64,000 nt of DNA from NCBI RefSeq assembly GCF_022045235.1, contig NW_027266275.1, forward strand, positions 72,354,001 through 72,418,000. Reading direction: 5' to 3'. The first letter of the stretch is position 1, and each line of letters begins with the position of its first letter. The notes under the pieces were generated by a model that was not told the DNA's origin, made no database searches, and was given only the letters and a program-made list of their open reading frames with translations. Made by a program: the position numbers and the translations under genes. This document shows, piece after piece, positions 13,101 through 29,097 of this stretch. Source of the stretch: Haliotis cracherodii (lineage: Eukaryota).

Positions 13101-16100
13101 AGCTGTAGTTACTGCTGCCCCCCTGTACTTAGTGTTGATTCCAGGCCCTACAGCTGTAGTGACTGCTGCCCCCTGTACTAAGTGTTGATTCCAGTCCCTA
13201 CAGCTGTAGTTACTGCTGCCCCCTGTACTAAGTGCTGATTCCAGTCCCTACAGCTGTAGTTACTGCTGCCCCCCTGTACTAAGTGTTGATTCCAGTCCCT
13301 ACAGCTGTAGTGACTGCTGCCCCCCTGTACTAAGTGTTGATTCCAGTCCCTACAGCTGTAGTTACTGCTGCCCCCTGTACTAAGTGCTGATTCCAGTCCC
13401 TACAGCTGTAGTAACTGCTGCCCCCTGTACTAAGTGTTGATTCCAGTCCCTACAGCTGTAGTAACTGCTGCCCCCTGTACTAAGTGTTGATTCCAGTCCC
13501 TACAGCTGTAGTAACTGCTGCCCCCTGTACTAAGTGTTGATTCCAGTCCCTACAGCTGTAGTTACTGCTGCCCCCCTGTACTAAGTGTTGATTCCAGTCC
13601 CTACAGCTGTAGTTACTGCTGCCCCCTGTACTAAGTGTTGATTCCAGTCCCTACAGCTGTAGTGACTGCTGCCCCCCTGTACTAAGTGTTGATTCCAGTC
13701 CCTACAGCTGTAGTTACTGCTGCCCCCTGTACTAAGTGTTGATTCCAGTCCCTACAGCTGTAGTAACTGCTGCCCCCTGTACTAAGTGTTGATTCCAGTC
13801 CCTACAGCTGTAGTAACTGCTGCCCCCCTGTACTAAGTGTTGATTCCAGTCCCTACAGCTGTAGTTACTGCTGCCCCCTGTACTAAGTGTTGATTCCAGT
13901 CCCTACAGCTGTAGTGACTGCTGCCCCCCTGTACTAAGTGCTGATTCCAGTCCCTACAGCTGTAGTTACTGCTGCCCCCCTGTACTAAGTGCTGATTCCC
14001 GGCCCTACAGCTGTAGTAACTGCTGCCCCCTGTACTAAGTGTTGATTCCAGTCCCTACAGCTGTAGTAACTGCTGCCCCCCTGTACTAAGTGTTGATTCC
14101 AGTCCCTACAGCTGTAGTAACTGCTGCCCCCCTGTACTAAGTGCTGATTCCAGTCCCTACAGCTGTAGTAACTGCTGCCCCCTGTACTAAGTGCTGATTC
14201 CAGTCCCTACAGCTGTAGTAACTGCTGCGCCCTGTACTAAGTGTTGATTCCAGTCCCTACAGCTGTAGTAACTGCTGCCCCCCTGTACTAAGTGTTGATT
14301 CCAGTCCTGTACTAAGTGTTGATTCCAGTCCCTACAGCTGTAGTTACTGCTGCCTCCCTGTACTAAGTGTTGATTCCAGGCCCTACAGCTGTAGTGACTG
14401 CTGCCCCCCTGTACTAAGTGTTGATTCCAGTCCCTACAGCTGTAGTTACTGCAGGAGTCATGAAGCTCAGACTCTGCACCTACCGTCAGTAAAAAGCCGT
14501 GTCAGACTGAACTGCCTGCCCCCTTGCCCGTGGCTGGTAAGTTTTCTGTCGGCTGCATAAAATTTTCCTTCACCTGCCCGACTGTTTGGCAGATAACTTT
14601 AAGACACAGTCTTTGTTTGCATCATTTCAACTGATTAAAGACACAACTTGTCTCAATTTTTGTCACAATATTTCAGTATTTATGTTTACAATGCGGGCAG
14701 GTAACTTTGAAGATGGGCAGGCAACATTTATGGACTGTCTTGTTGGGTTTCAAAATGATTTCAAACACCGGTGAAAAGTATTGCAGTCATGCTCACACCA
14801 CAGAATATGTACGTCTGTCTCATGACTGCCTTATCTATAGTATGTCATCAGTTTTTTTCCTTGTTTTTGTACCTAGCAATATTCCAGCTCTCTGACAGGA
14901 CCAGACAAACCAGTGAATATATTTATGAGCAACATCCGATGCCTGAAGCCCTGATCCGTGGAGTCGCTTCATACGACAAGCAGAGGTTGCTGGGGAACAA
15001 TTCTGACCTCCTATCACCAGGTCACTACAAAGATAAGACTGTGTAGCGGTGAAGCAACTGCGCTGTCTCTACTTGAGTAGCCCTGTCACCTCATCACTAT
15101 AGAAGCATGTACTACAATGGGCCTAAGTTACCTACGCAAGTCCCACAAGTTCACTGGAAGAATATCATGGTCATTTTGTATTTGAGCTACCTCTTATGTA
15201 AATACTTCTCAATCAAAAATTACACTGGAACCTGTTGTGAACAATCTAAATGTTGAACCCTAGAATTTAATAGGGGAATTATTTTCCTATTTAAGAAATG
15301 CCCTTGAAATAGTACTGATAGATGGCAGTAGATTATTCTTTCAATTACAATTACTTCACTTCAATAACAAGATTGACTCACTCAATAATACCATCTGAAT
15401 AAAATTTGAAAACTAGTACTCAACTCAACTTAAAACTAAAACACAGGAATGGGGCATAACAGACCGTATCAACCTAAAATGGAGAAATATGGAGAAATTG
15501 TTCTAAAGAAATGCACTGCCATGCAGAAAGAAGGAGACACTCTAGAACTGTTAGTAGGGCAGCAGCAGAGGAGAGGAAGAGGCGCACTCACCATCTCAAA
15601 CAGGTTATCCTTCTACGTTCAATACAAAAACAGCCATACGTTAGATGCGCATCTTATACCACACAAATACATGTCACCAGTTAGGGGGTAGAGCTGCTTT
15701 CAACAGTATTTCAGTTACAAGCTGTCAGTTTCATGTGGGAGCCCAGGTGATGCAGATCCTAGATATTTACCACGTTGGCACATCTCACAAGCATGGTCCT
15801 CACAGACCCAATCTCATTAAAATCAGATCTTAGTTCTAGCTATCGCTAAACAAAGATCTGAAGACATCCCATTACGGGTCACGTCAGAACGACCTTTCAT
15901 CCGACCAATCAGAGCGTCGCTTACCAGATCATGAAAGTGACAGTCGAAATGTGTTTTCTAATCATGCTACCACAATATATTTAACACAGGGTATTCCGAA
16001 CAACAGTTACAGGTTTTATGATTATATCCATACAATCTAGGCCATCTATAAGCCATTCCAGCATGTTCCTCTTATCAGTTTTAAACTTTTTAATCAAGAA

Positions 16101-19100
16101 GACATTAAAATATGTTTTGAAGTGTAGTCGCCAGTTTGAAACCAGTGTCGTAAAGCTCGAGAAAGCTGTCATCTGATTGGCCAATGTCGATTTCTTGTCA
16201 GTCATTTCATTGGTCGGTCAAAATTCGCGAAAGGTCATTCTGACGTGACCCGTAATGGGATGTCCTCAGATCTTTGTTTAGATGTAGCGAAAACAAAGAT
16301 CTGATTTTAATGAGATTGTCACAGACCAAGGATCTAGCCCGGTAGCTAAGGGAACTAACTCTGTACAATCAGTGACGCTATAGGTCACTGACATCACCTT
16401 TGTCAACACAAATTGTACATAGGGATACCTACTCCATTGCCATAGGCATGTTATGTTTTTGTAGTAAACGTCTTTTTTATCGCAACTCTTGTAAAGGCTC
16501 ATAGCGTGTTTGTTTAGCAATTCAAACTTGACTGCCACTTCTAAACAGATTCCCTAAGCTACTAAAACTGTTCATTTCAGGACACGGAAACAATGGGTGT
16601 GACACAGCAGGTGAATTGAGAATGAAAACATAGCATACATTTCCTTCTCTACTGGTGGTCTGGCTCTGGAACAAAAACATTACATTTATCGTGCTCGTCA
16701 CCATCGTCGCCATGTTTACAGTGTACACGTAGGCCTTGTGTGCTGCTTGCCTCACCACTGATGTGGCTCATCTAGCTACTGGAGGCTCCGATATGAAAGT
16801 GTGATGGACATGACATTCTAATTTATTTACTCTCTACCACATTTCAATGCATCTTTGATCATCCAGTGTGTTATATCTCCATTCCAGTTGCTATAATTAC
16901 TTTCATTTGGAGCCAGATTCTAACGACAAGATGCTAAACATAGCTTACAATCAAATTACAGATTTATGTAAGAGAAATCTGACCTCAGTTAGTGATAAGA
17001 GAATTGTGAATGTCTAAAGTCCTGAGGCGAATGGGTCCAGGGTAGTTATACTAGAATGGAGATATAATATACTTGATGATCAAGGACATTGTAATGTTTT
17101 ATCTTCCCCATTCATCGGGTGAATGACCAGAAGACGCTATGCTGAACAGAACCATTATTATATATCGATAATATTTGACAGAGCAAGAAGGTTGTAATTC
17201 CTCTGGATAGACAACCCTGAAGCCTCCCTGTAGCTGAGATGATGCACATTCCCCTCTAACATTACGCTATTAGTTCTACATTGACACCTCTAAGGTTAGA
17301 TTCACGACTAATCAACGTTTCACACCGTATGTAGGAGGCCGTTTTTCATTACTTGGTTTACAGAAAAAAATCAATCCATCAGGTCGGTGGTTGCAATAAA
17401 ATTAAACATTAAAATATCTTCAGAGGCTGCTCAGGGTGTTTCTTTGAAAGGACCAAATTAGACTTGGGATAGTTCCTTTTTATTACCAGTGGTGGAATCT
17501 GAACAGCAGGCAAAAAAAGAATAATTTTAAAGAAATCGAATCATATTTAAAATTTGTTGGATTTGTGTGGATCCATAAACCAAGCATCAAGGTAACTTGC
17601 CTCCTCACTTCTAATACTTTAAGTAGAGACTGGTATTAATTACAATATGCAACTACGGTCTTCTTCCACGAAGCATATCAGTGTATAGCACACACACAGC
17701 ATACAGTAACTGACATACATTCTCATCCAGTGCAAGCTTCACAACCGATAAAAGAGGCAGTTATTCATCAATTGGGATACTTCTTGTCTTTAGTTTGTGA
17801 ACAAGTCAAAAAAGAAATAGTTTTACCTGTTACTTTGTTCCAGTCATATTATGAAACTAGACATTTTGTGAAATGGCTGAAATCATCTCGTTCCAACATT
17901 TCATAAAACCTCAACTAAACCTTGTCACTGCGAGACATGACATGACATGAAAAATCCTATTCAGACTTCTGTTTGTTCACCTCAGGCCCGCTCCATGAAG
18001 TATTCTTAGTTGTTTGTTTGTTTGTTTGTTGTTGTTGTTGTAACTCAACACTCAGCAATATACCAAAATACCAGAAATACCAAAAACATTCCCACCCATG
18101 GGCAGTAAACTTCCAACAATGATTTGTTTGTGTTTGTGTTTTTTTTTTTAGCTCTAAGACAGTGGCCTGTAAATAACCAACTCTGGACAAGACAATCCAG
18201 TGATTGAGATGAGCAATGACCCAAATTATTGGGGTACGCTGCCATACAATCAACTAGTTCCATCTAAAGCAGCAGAGAGTGAAGCCACTTAACCTCACGT
18301 ACTGTTTTCTTAGTTAAAAGCCACTGCAGTCACACAAAATACATCTTACATTTGTTAAAATGCAAGGCTTTGAAACTTTTGCAATTTCACAAAACCGTCC
18401 AAGTGGTATGTTTGTGGAATGGAGACCACACGGTGTCATTCAAGTCAGGACATCACCAGACTTAATGATCTCAAGAAATACCTTGCCCGTGAAATAATTC
18501 AGTTAAAGAAATGACAAGTTTCATAACATGACTGTACAACAGACATACCCAATTTCCTGATAAAGGAAACATTTCATGTGAAAAACTTCACTCTATTGCC
18601 CATGTGACAGAAATATCAGTTATATGAGTATTACATGAATGAGTGAGAAATAATTGTGATTATGTTTGAATTGAGGTTTGATACGAGATATACTACAGTT
18701 GGTTATCAAGCATGTTTACTATTCTACAGGAGCCAAACTCGTCTAGTATGTCTAGATTCTAAGTTGTGCAAACTCTTTCACGCAATTATCAAAATTGACT
18801 TTTATTTCATGTTCTTCTAAACCTATGATTTCAGTTACCTCAATTAAAAAGTTACTGAATGTCAATTGTTAACATCCAATTCAATTAAATAAAATAATGG
18901 CTTAAATTTTCATATAATTACTGAACCAAAGTAATTGATTATCTTGTGATAGACGTAGTACAGCCACAGCCTCCACCTACCTTCGGGTCGAACTTTCTAA
19001 ACTGGTCAAGTCCGAGGCCTGTAAACACCAGACACACAATCACAATGATGCAAGNNNNNNNNNNNNNNNNNNNNNNNNNNNNNNNNNNNNNNNNNNNNNN

Positions 19101-21435
19101 NNNNNNNNNNNNNNNNNNNNNNNNNNNNNNNNNNNNNNNNNNNNNNNNNNNNNNNNNNNNNNNNNNNNNNNNNNNNNNNNNNNNNNNNNNNNNNNNNNNN
19201 NNNNNNNNNNNNNNNNNCTGCCCACCAAAATCCCTGAAAGAGGCAAGCATGAGGCACAGGGTACCTATTCTGCCCCGGAATCCCCCACAGGTACATGCAT
19301 GTTACAGTCATTGTATAACTTCAGTCCATACAAAATACAAATGAAAATTTCAGTTGTTTACCAACTGACATATTGTAGACATCGACCAACAGATTCATGA
19401 AACTGTATATTTAATATTGTTGTGCATGGAGTTGAATGTTACAGGGATGCAGCCGGCTACCTACCTTCTGGCTGTTTGATCCCAGGGGTGATGGAACGCA
19501 CAAAATCCTCAGGGGTCATGAACACCTCCCACACCCCAGAGTTTATCTGCACCTTCAGGGTGGCGAAGTACCTGAAAATCTTGTCAGGGGTTGAGTAAGC
19601 TCTGATTCTGTCTTCATACCCGATGATCTGATCAACAAGAGATTACATCTAATGTCAGGTAATTTGGCCCACAAGTACATTGTGTTCTCTTGACTGAAAT
19701 ACAATAATACAGATGATGATGTGAACAAGAAACTGACTAGACTTTGCTGTCTAACTCAGTTTAGATACGTATGACAATGCATGAGTCATGATATGACACC
19801 TGGCATGAGACCTGTGAAGATCTTGGTAGAGATTATGTCTTCAGCAACCCATGCTTGCCGTAAAAAGCGACTGCTCGCCGTAAAAAGCAACTGCTTGTCG
19901 TAAGAGACAACTAACGGGATCGGGTGGTCAGGCTCTGACTTGGTTAATGCATGTCATTGATTCCAATTGGGTGGGTCTATGTCCATGATGTCAATCACTG
20001 GATTGTCTGGTCCAGACTCAATTATTTACAGACCGCCATCATATAGCTGGAATATTGCTGAGTGTGGTGTTAAACAACAAACAAACAAAGAAACAACAAT
20101 GAATACTTCATGTATTGGGCCTGAGGTGAACAAACAGAAATCTGAAAAGGATTTTCTGTCATGCCAAGTTTGGCAGTTACAAGGTCTATCTGATGATTTC
20201 AACCATTTCCAAAAAAATGCTTAGTTTCATAATATGACTGAAACAATGTAACAGGTATAACTATTTCTTTTTTAACTTGTTCACAACAGGATCAGGTGGT
20301 CAGGCTCGCTGACTTGGTTGATGCACATCATCGTATCCCAATTCCATAGATTGAGGCTCATGATGTCAATCACTGGATTGTCTGGTGAATGCAGTGTTAA
20401 ACAACAAACAAACAAACACATAGCATGACTCTAAATGTGAGTCAGTTATAAGTGTAATTCCCCATGTTCATTGTGGCCCAGCTGAAATGAAGTTATGCCC
20501 AACCAGACTGTGATTAGCTTGCATGATTGATTAATCTAGGCACATTAGTCAACTCCAATCTGACATTTTGTAAAGTTGTTTTGAACCAATGAGATACTTG
20601 TCCCACCTTCCGGTCTCTAAAGCCGATCTTCTTCTTCTTGGTCTTCTTGCCTTCGTCATCATGCTCGACAGTCTCACTGGACTGCCCCTCTACAGCAGCA
20701 GCATCCACCTTCAACCACTTCGCCAACATCGTCATTCTGAAACAATGCCACAGCAACTGTTACAAATGTATCACATAACATTTCCAAAAATTTAAATTGA
20801 TGGATGGAAATATTTACTTTTTCAATACTAATTTTCACTACCAATTAGTGTTCGGTGTAACTGCCATTAAAGTAAACACTTAAGGAATGAATCAATATTT
20901 GTTACTTAGTGAGCGACTGTGATCGATACTTAGTATTGGGAAAAAAAATATCGCGATCCACCGATGCATTGGTGTATTGTCCAACCACTATTAGTAAGTG
21001 ACCATAACATCAGGAGGCACCTATGAGATCAATTCAAAAATCCATGTGAACTTACCCATCAAATCCCAAAAACAAAAGCAAGGCTCCGCCTAAGAGAGCA
21101 AAATAAAACTTCGTGTAGCCACTGGATGGACGTGTCTTGTGACCGAAATTGGAATACGGAGTCTGTTTGGCAGCCAGGCAGGCGAGTGTGTGGAGAGAGT
21201 TGACAGGCAGTGATCCAGTTGATGGAGATCTATATAAAGGCAGACACACAACATGAACTGGCGGCAGTGATGACAAAGATGATGGATGCTTGTGTGTGTG
21301 AGAGGCACCACCGAAGACTCTGGGAGCCATGCACACAGTCCTCACAGCTGACCCTCTCTGTTGTAGTAACTTTGCAAATTCCATGGCAAGCATCGTGCCC
21401 TCTCTTTTGATCTTAAATGAGCCCAATTTCCACAT
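1167..21435 (-). CDS. MICU1: Mitochondrial calcium uptake protein 1 (EF-hand gatekeeper of the MCU complex), about 531 aa, 11 coding exons
   Basis: Phase-consistent GT-AG exons in transcript order: 21056-21435, 20607-20736, 19465-19627, 18981-19018, 7177-7291, 5886-5968, 5287-5481, 4892-5032, 2932-3040, 2302-2391, 1167-1318 (sum 1596 nt). Peptides match MICU1: [68 protein letters not shown]-hand [22 protein letters not shown]-hand [23 protein letters not shown], and a C-terminal Cys. Confidence 0.96.
1498..1738. mobile_element. MITE-like element with about 60-bp TIRs
   Basis: CTTATTGATAAAGGTACCTGAAGTAGTAATAATATATCAGTAC... at 1498 is inverted at 1680-1738. Confidence 0.7.
3100..4850. repeat. 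Minisatellite, 39-41-bp unit, about 43 copies, filling a MICU1 intron
   Basis: Unit TTGTGTATATCAACATAACAGCCTCTA(T/C)CACCA(C)GGTGTCC. Confidence 0.95.
6080..7176. repeat. Minisatellite, 16-20-bp units, abutting a MICU1 donor site
   Basis: GACAAGATGGATGACATACA and variants. It accounts for the spurious long ORFs at 6044-7300. Confidence 0.95.
7887..8023. mobile_element. Short palindromic MITE (Tc1/mariner-like)
   Basis: TACTCAACAAAAA...GGGGGGATATTT is inverted relative to AAATATCCCCCC...TTTTTGTTCAGTA. Confidence 0.55.
9630..10050. repeat. Minisatellite, about 16-bp (AGATAGGCAGTCTGAC/CAC) units
   Basis: Visible tandem array. Confidence 0.9.
12154..14452. repeat. Highly homogeneous 50-51-bp tandem repeat, about 45 copies
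   Basis: Unit CCCTGTACTAAGTGTTGATTCCAGTCCCTACAGCTGTAGTTACTGCTGCCC, with an internal palindrome CTACAGCTGTAG. Confidence 0.97.
15809..16318. mobile_element. MITE with about 85-bp TIRs and a 9-bp TSD (Mutator-like)
   Basis: Ends CAATCTCATTAAAATCAGATC... and ...GATCTGATTTTAATGAGATTG. TSD TCACAGACC at 15800-15808 and 16319-16327. Confidence 0.85.
16838..17097. mobile_element. Degenerate MITE-like inverted repeat
   Basis: TTGATCATCCAGTGTGTTATATCTCCATTCCAG is inverted relative to CTAGAATGGAGATATAATATACTTGATGATCAAGG. Confidence 0.5.
19055..19217. other. Assembly gap (163 N) in a MICU1 intron
   Basis: Run of N. Confidence 1.
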
Positions 21436-23193
21436 GATTGACCTGAAAAAGACATATTTGCCACATTATCTGACCTTACATTATCCATCATACATAAGAA
21501 AGGAATAACAAGTTACATCCAACATGAAATATTACCGCTTTTTGTAAGAAGCCACTGGATGGATCGAGTGGTTGAGCTCAGTGACTTTGTTCATTGAGTG
21601 TCATCATACCCAGGTGGCGTGGATCAATTAGGACTGAAGACAAGAATCTGTGGTACCCTACATAGTCAAGGCTGTTGTAATCAGCATCATATGTGAAGCA
21701 GAGAGTGCAATTGAAATAAATATTAGTTGCTACAAGATCAACTTTTGAGTTGGTACACTAAATGTGTTTTCAGTGACTTTAATCATCTTAATTAAACTTT
21801 CTAGTAATATCTATTAACCCAAGCCCAGCATCACCAAAGGACCATAATACATGCAGTTTGCCTGAATCCCTCACCCAGCTGGTCTCTCTGTTTATGTAAC
21901 ATGAACATACTGAACAGCTGATAACAAATGTCAGAATGGATGCGGGGATATGGTCAGCACCATGCTAATGACGTATGATGACACAATCACTCAAATCTCA
22001 CAACTTAACCACCTAATCACCATAACATTCAGTCCCAATGACAATCTAGGCTGGTATAGACAAGGGTCTTGTCACTGTAACAGATTGACATTAATATACC
22101 TATAATAATATATGATCCATAATTATCTGTCAGGATACTAGCATCTTAGACTATTGGCATTGTACATCTATACGCATGCACGGCATGAGTCCCAGGAAGC
22201 CGTCAGCCTGTACAGACGTCTCTTAATATATCAGTAAACAGTGATTAACCAAACCCAGCATTCGTTATGCAGTTCTCAGCTGATACGACAACCTGAGAAT
22301 ATAACAGTCACCATTGCTTCCTGGTGAGGCAAATAAGACAATTCAGTGTAGAGCATTTAACCTTCTGGGTATTGGGCAGTAACTGTGGTGACTGTATCTC
22401 TGTGTATTAAGGATTTTGATTTTGACTTGCAGCTACACAAGTTTTCCTAATAGATCCCCGATCAAAAATTTGCTTTGCACTTTATATTTATGTCCTAAGA
22501 CACCTGCAGTTCAGTTTTCTGAATCGAAAATCTATCAGGAAAACACTATGGAACAGCCTGTAACTTAGTCTGTCTTACAGACCCTGATACACTTATATCA
22601 ACTACAGCCCATGCAAGTCTATAATGTTTGGCAAGTCTAGATTACTGCAGTATCAGAAATGAAGAGAATCACTGGGCTCCCTTTTTATTAGATTTGTATT
22701 AAGATAACTGAACAACTGTTTTTTTCTGTGCGATATGTTCATTTCAGAGACGTCTACCTGTAACTCTGTGTGGCGACAAGTCTATCAAAATCGCCTAATT
22801 GGTAGCAGCACAGAGACTCGGTTACTGCAGCTATGACAGATGATCTTACCTAGAAATAACCACGGGGTATTTCGCAATTGGACATTTTTCATCTAGACAT
22901 AGGGAGAAATAGCTATTTATCATGTGTTTAAACGCTGATTATATATAGAGATGATGTCCTTAGGACCTGACTTGACATTTAGATATTATCAAAACATTCT
23001 CGTACAACCCGTCAAAGGGGATTGACATTTTGCCCTGACATACGAATCACGATCCTGTGCAAACGTTTACTTCGTTGGGCAAGACTATTTCTTACCAAGG
23101 GCATAACATACAGCAATAACACTGACACCTACTAGTAAAATATACCAGTTTAATACACAAGGGCCAATGGGGTCAGATGCAAGGGTGACTAAC

Positions 23194-23380
23194 CTTCGTG
23201 CACTATTAATTAAACACTGGACAGGAGTTCAAGTTCTTTTCGTCAGCATAGCCACTAAGTGGCATCCATGTTCCTCCAGTCGACTAATGTTTGGTGTGTT
23301 ATTCCTTCTGTACCGAATGATAAAGCTACTCTGTGATTGGCTGCCGCGTGAAAATGTCTTCCAAAAGCCAATCATTTACA
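23194..23380 (-). promoter_or_regulatory. Putative MICU1 non-coding first exon and promoter
   Basis: Coding exon 1 has an acceptor at 21443-21444, so an upstream UTR exon is needed. A donor AAG|GTTAGT sits at 23192-23193, and CCAAT boxes lie at about 23336 and 23368 in a CpG-richer patch. Confidence 0.5.
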
Positions 23381-24113
23381 CGTATATTGAAACCGGTTGC
23401 AAATAGCGGGTGCATTTCTTGTTTGCGTTCGGGCGACTATTCGGAATGGAAATGTTCGTGAACAGTTCACAACGTATCATCAGCAAGAAAGGTAGATCTA
23501 CGACAAATTTACATTCAGTCTGGCTATTCAAGTCTGTATCATTGTTTCATGGTGCGTCTTTTCTCAATGTCATAGGAAAAATAAAAAATATCCACATGGC
23601 CGTGAATTTCCAAATCTGTCAATGAAAATTGGAAAAAGACACGATAAATCTATCGATACACACTTCAAGTATTAATCAAATTATAGAGAATGAAACAGTT
23701 TACTTTACCTGAAACGGTTAAATACGTTCAGCCAAGCACAACAATATTGAACTGTCCTTCATCAGGTGAATACTGAGTAAGCTCAGAGTTAATATATACA
23801 TGATGATATGCTTACACAAAAAAGGGTTAACGTACAAAGATAACAATATAATATTTACACAAAGGCAGCATTAGTTTACAAAGATAACAATATAATGACG
23901 AAGCCAATGAGCAAGGATTAATGTACAAAGACAACGACATAAAAATGAGTGAGATTAACAGGACAGAAGCATCGAAGGTGTAGTGATACAGACCACATAC
24001 CGATACATTGTATCTGTGTCATATACGAAAGCCAATGGGGGTCAAAATTGAAATATGGAAAAGACACGAAACATTTTCCTTATTACGGAAATAATTTTAT
24101 AAAGCAGAGAATA

Positions 24114-24216
24114 AATGGATGTCAACTTCTTTTTTTATGGAGAACACAACGTTTTCACTTGTAAGCATATACTCCGAAACGTTGTGTTCCTCATAATAAA
24201 GAAGTTGACATCCATA
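24114..24216. repeat. About 40-bp inverted repeat, Penelope-terminus-like
   Basis: ATGGATGTCAACTTCTT..ATGGAGAACACAACGTTT is inverted relative to AAACGTTGTGTTCCTCAT..AAGAAGTTGACATCCAT. The core includes TCCGAAACGTTG and AATAAA. Confidence 0.6.
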
Positions 24217-24599
24217 TAATCTCTTCCTTATGTGAATCACTTCTAAATGACTTTCAAAGACCGGAAATAATTTCGTTTTAAGAGAAAAAAAGATTCGCTA
24301 TAACGGGAAAAGATTCGTTATCATGGAAATTATATAGTTATACCGAATATCACAAATTGGTGTTCATTCGCAAATAACTATTTTGTTTTAGCAAAATTTC
24401 CAGGGCTTTATTTTGGACTTTATTACATATTTCAGGGATCCTAATAGTAAAAATGTCTCGGTGGAGTACATTGGACAAAACAACCACACCAGAACAGTTT
24501 CCTAAATCTAATCACACACAAAACAATCTCTCAAATACTCTCAATAGTTCGTATGTTTCCGTTACATTTCCGAAAGTTAACGAATGAACAGTAATGAAA

Positions 24600-24680
24600 T
24601 ACCGGAAGTTATGCTTTGATAGCCAATCACATTTACTGTGTCGTATGATTTGGCGCCTTTTGGACGTAATTGGCGGGAGT
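24600..24680 (+). promoter_or_regulatory. PCNA promoter: ETS (ACCGGAAGT), CCAAT box and two E2F sites
   Basis: ACCGGAAGT 24601-24609, CCAAT 24623-24627, TTTGGCGC 24649-24656 and TTGGCGGGA 24670-24678, about 180-250 bp upstream of the ATG. E2F control of PCNA is established in animals. Confidence 0.7.
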
Positions 24681-24788
24681 CTTCATTCGTGTTAGGGAGA
24701 CAGGTCGAGTGAGATAGTGAAACCGAAATCTGCACCCATCTCAGCTAAAGTTATCTCTTCGTGTCTGGTTTTCACCAAATATTCGTGA

Positions 24789-27916
<3,128 letters not shown>

Positions 27917-29097
27917 GGAAATGAGAACAACCGACAATAGAACATTGTTAGACATTTGTGGGAGTCCCGGGGATATGTACAGTTTTTCATCTCCGGACTT
28001 TGTGCTGCTATATGGACAGAATTTTACTACAAATCGATTTGAGCATTTGCACATTTATGTACTGAAGCTATCTGTGAATAAATATTATAACAAACTGACT
28101 TGTCTTGAATGGTGGTCTTAGTACGTATCTATTTCTCCATGTTGACATTTGGTGATTCTGTGTTAGAAATTTAGACTAGATCCCAGCAATCTTTGCTGGC
28201 TGCAACAGGCAACCAAATGGATGGGGTGGTTCGACTGTGTGTCATCAGATGTATAGATCGCTGCCATATACAGTAGTAGTATGTAGTTGTAATATTGCTG
28301 TGTGCAGCATTTGTCAATCTTCTCCAGGCAAGTGTGTCCAGTAGCCTATATCAAAGCCTAGATTCTACCCTTGCAACATCAAGGCCACTTTTCTTGGCCC
28401 GACCCTGGCGCCACCTTGTGTAGATCACGAGTTGCGCCCCGTGGTTAAATATGCAGGATCCAATCAGAATGCCGTTATATCATATATGGCTTCACAAAGA
28501 TGGTGATGACCTAATCGATCATAATGAAAACATTCGCGGTTTCATCCTTGACACAAAAACAGGCAAGTGAACTTGATAAAAAGGCTAGTGGACGCTCTTT
28601 CCTAGGAAGATGGCATTTATCAAACATATCTACACATTCCTTCAAAGGAATAATTCACACATACACCAAGTCTAGATTTAGGTTATTGACCTAATGTCCT
28701 GTTAGGTTTCCAAAATGCCTTGAAGCTAGGTTGTAGGGGCACTGTGTCTTTGACATGTGACTTCTGGTTTCCATATTAACCTTTTTAACTGATGTAAGTG
28801 GTTGAAACAAATCAGGTAACGGAATTGACATAAGTAATAGCAGTTGCTGTACATGAAACAGCTTGGGCCACATTATCAATAGGTGAAAAATAGAGCTATT
28901 CTCCACGCTGAGTTTTCTAATCCACAAGTAGTGGTGTAAATTAAGGACTTGGTTTCTTCACCCTTTGCTGGGTTTGCCCTCTTAAAACGGGGTCACTATT
29001 ACTCCCTAGCTGTTCATGAATTTAAATTTCAATTAAAAACATGCAATCTTGTTTCTCTAATACACAGGTTTTCTGAGTCAGGGCAAACCCTATGTTT

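Noticed and set aside
9082-16780. Other micro-exon-like AG...GT segments in the large MICU1 intron (about 9082-9099, 10883-10898, 11661-11695, 16756-16778)
   Set aside because: Out of frame, or weak pyrimidine tract and branch point. Consistent with chance matches.
18939-19344. ORFs spanning the N run
   Set aside because: Artefacts of the assembly gap. Only 18981-19018 is a real exon.
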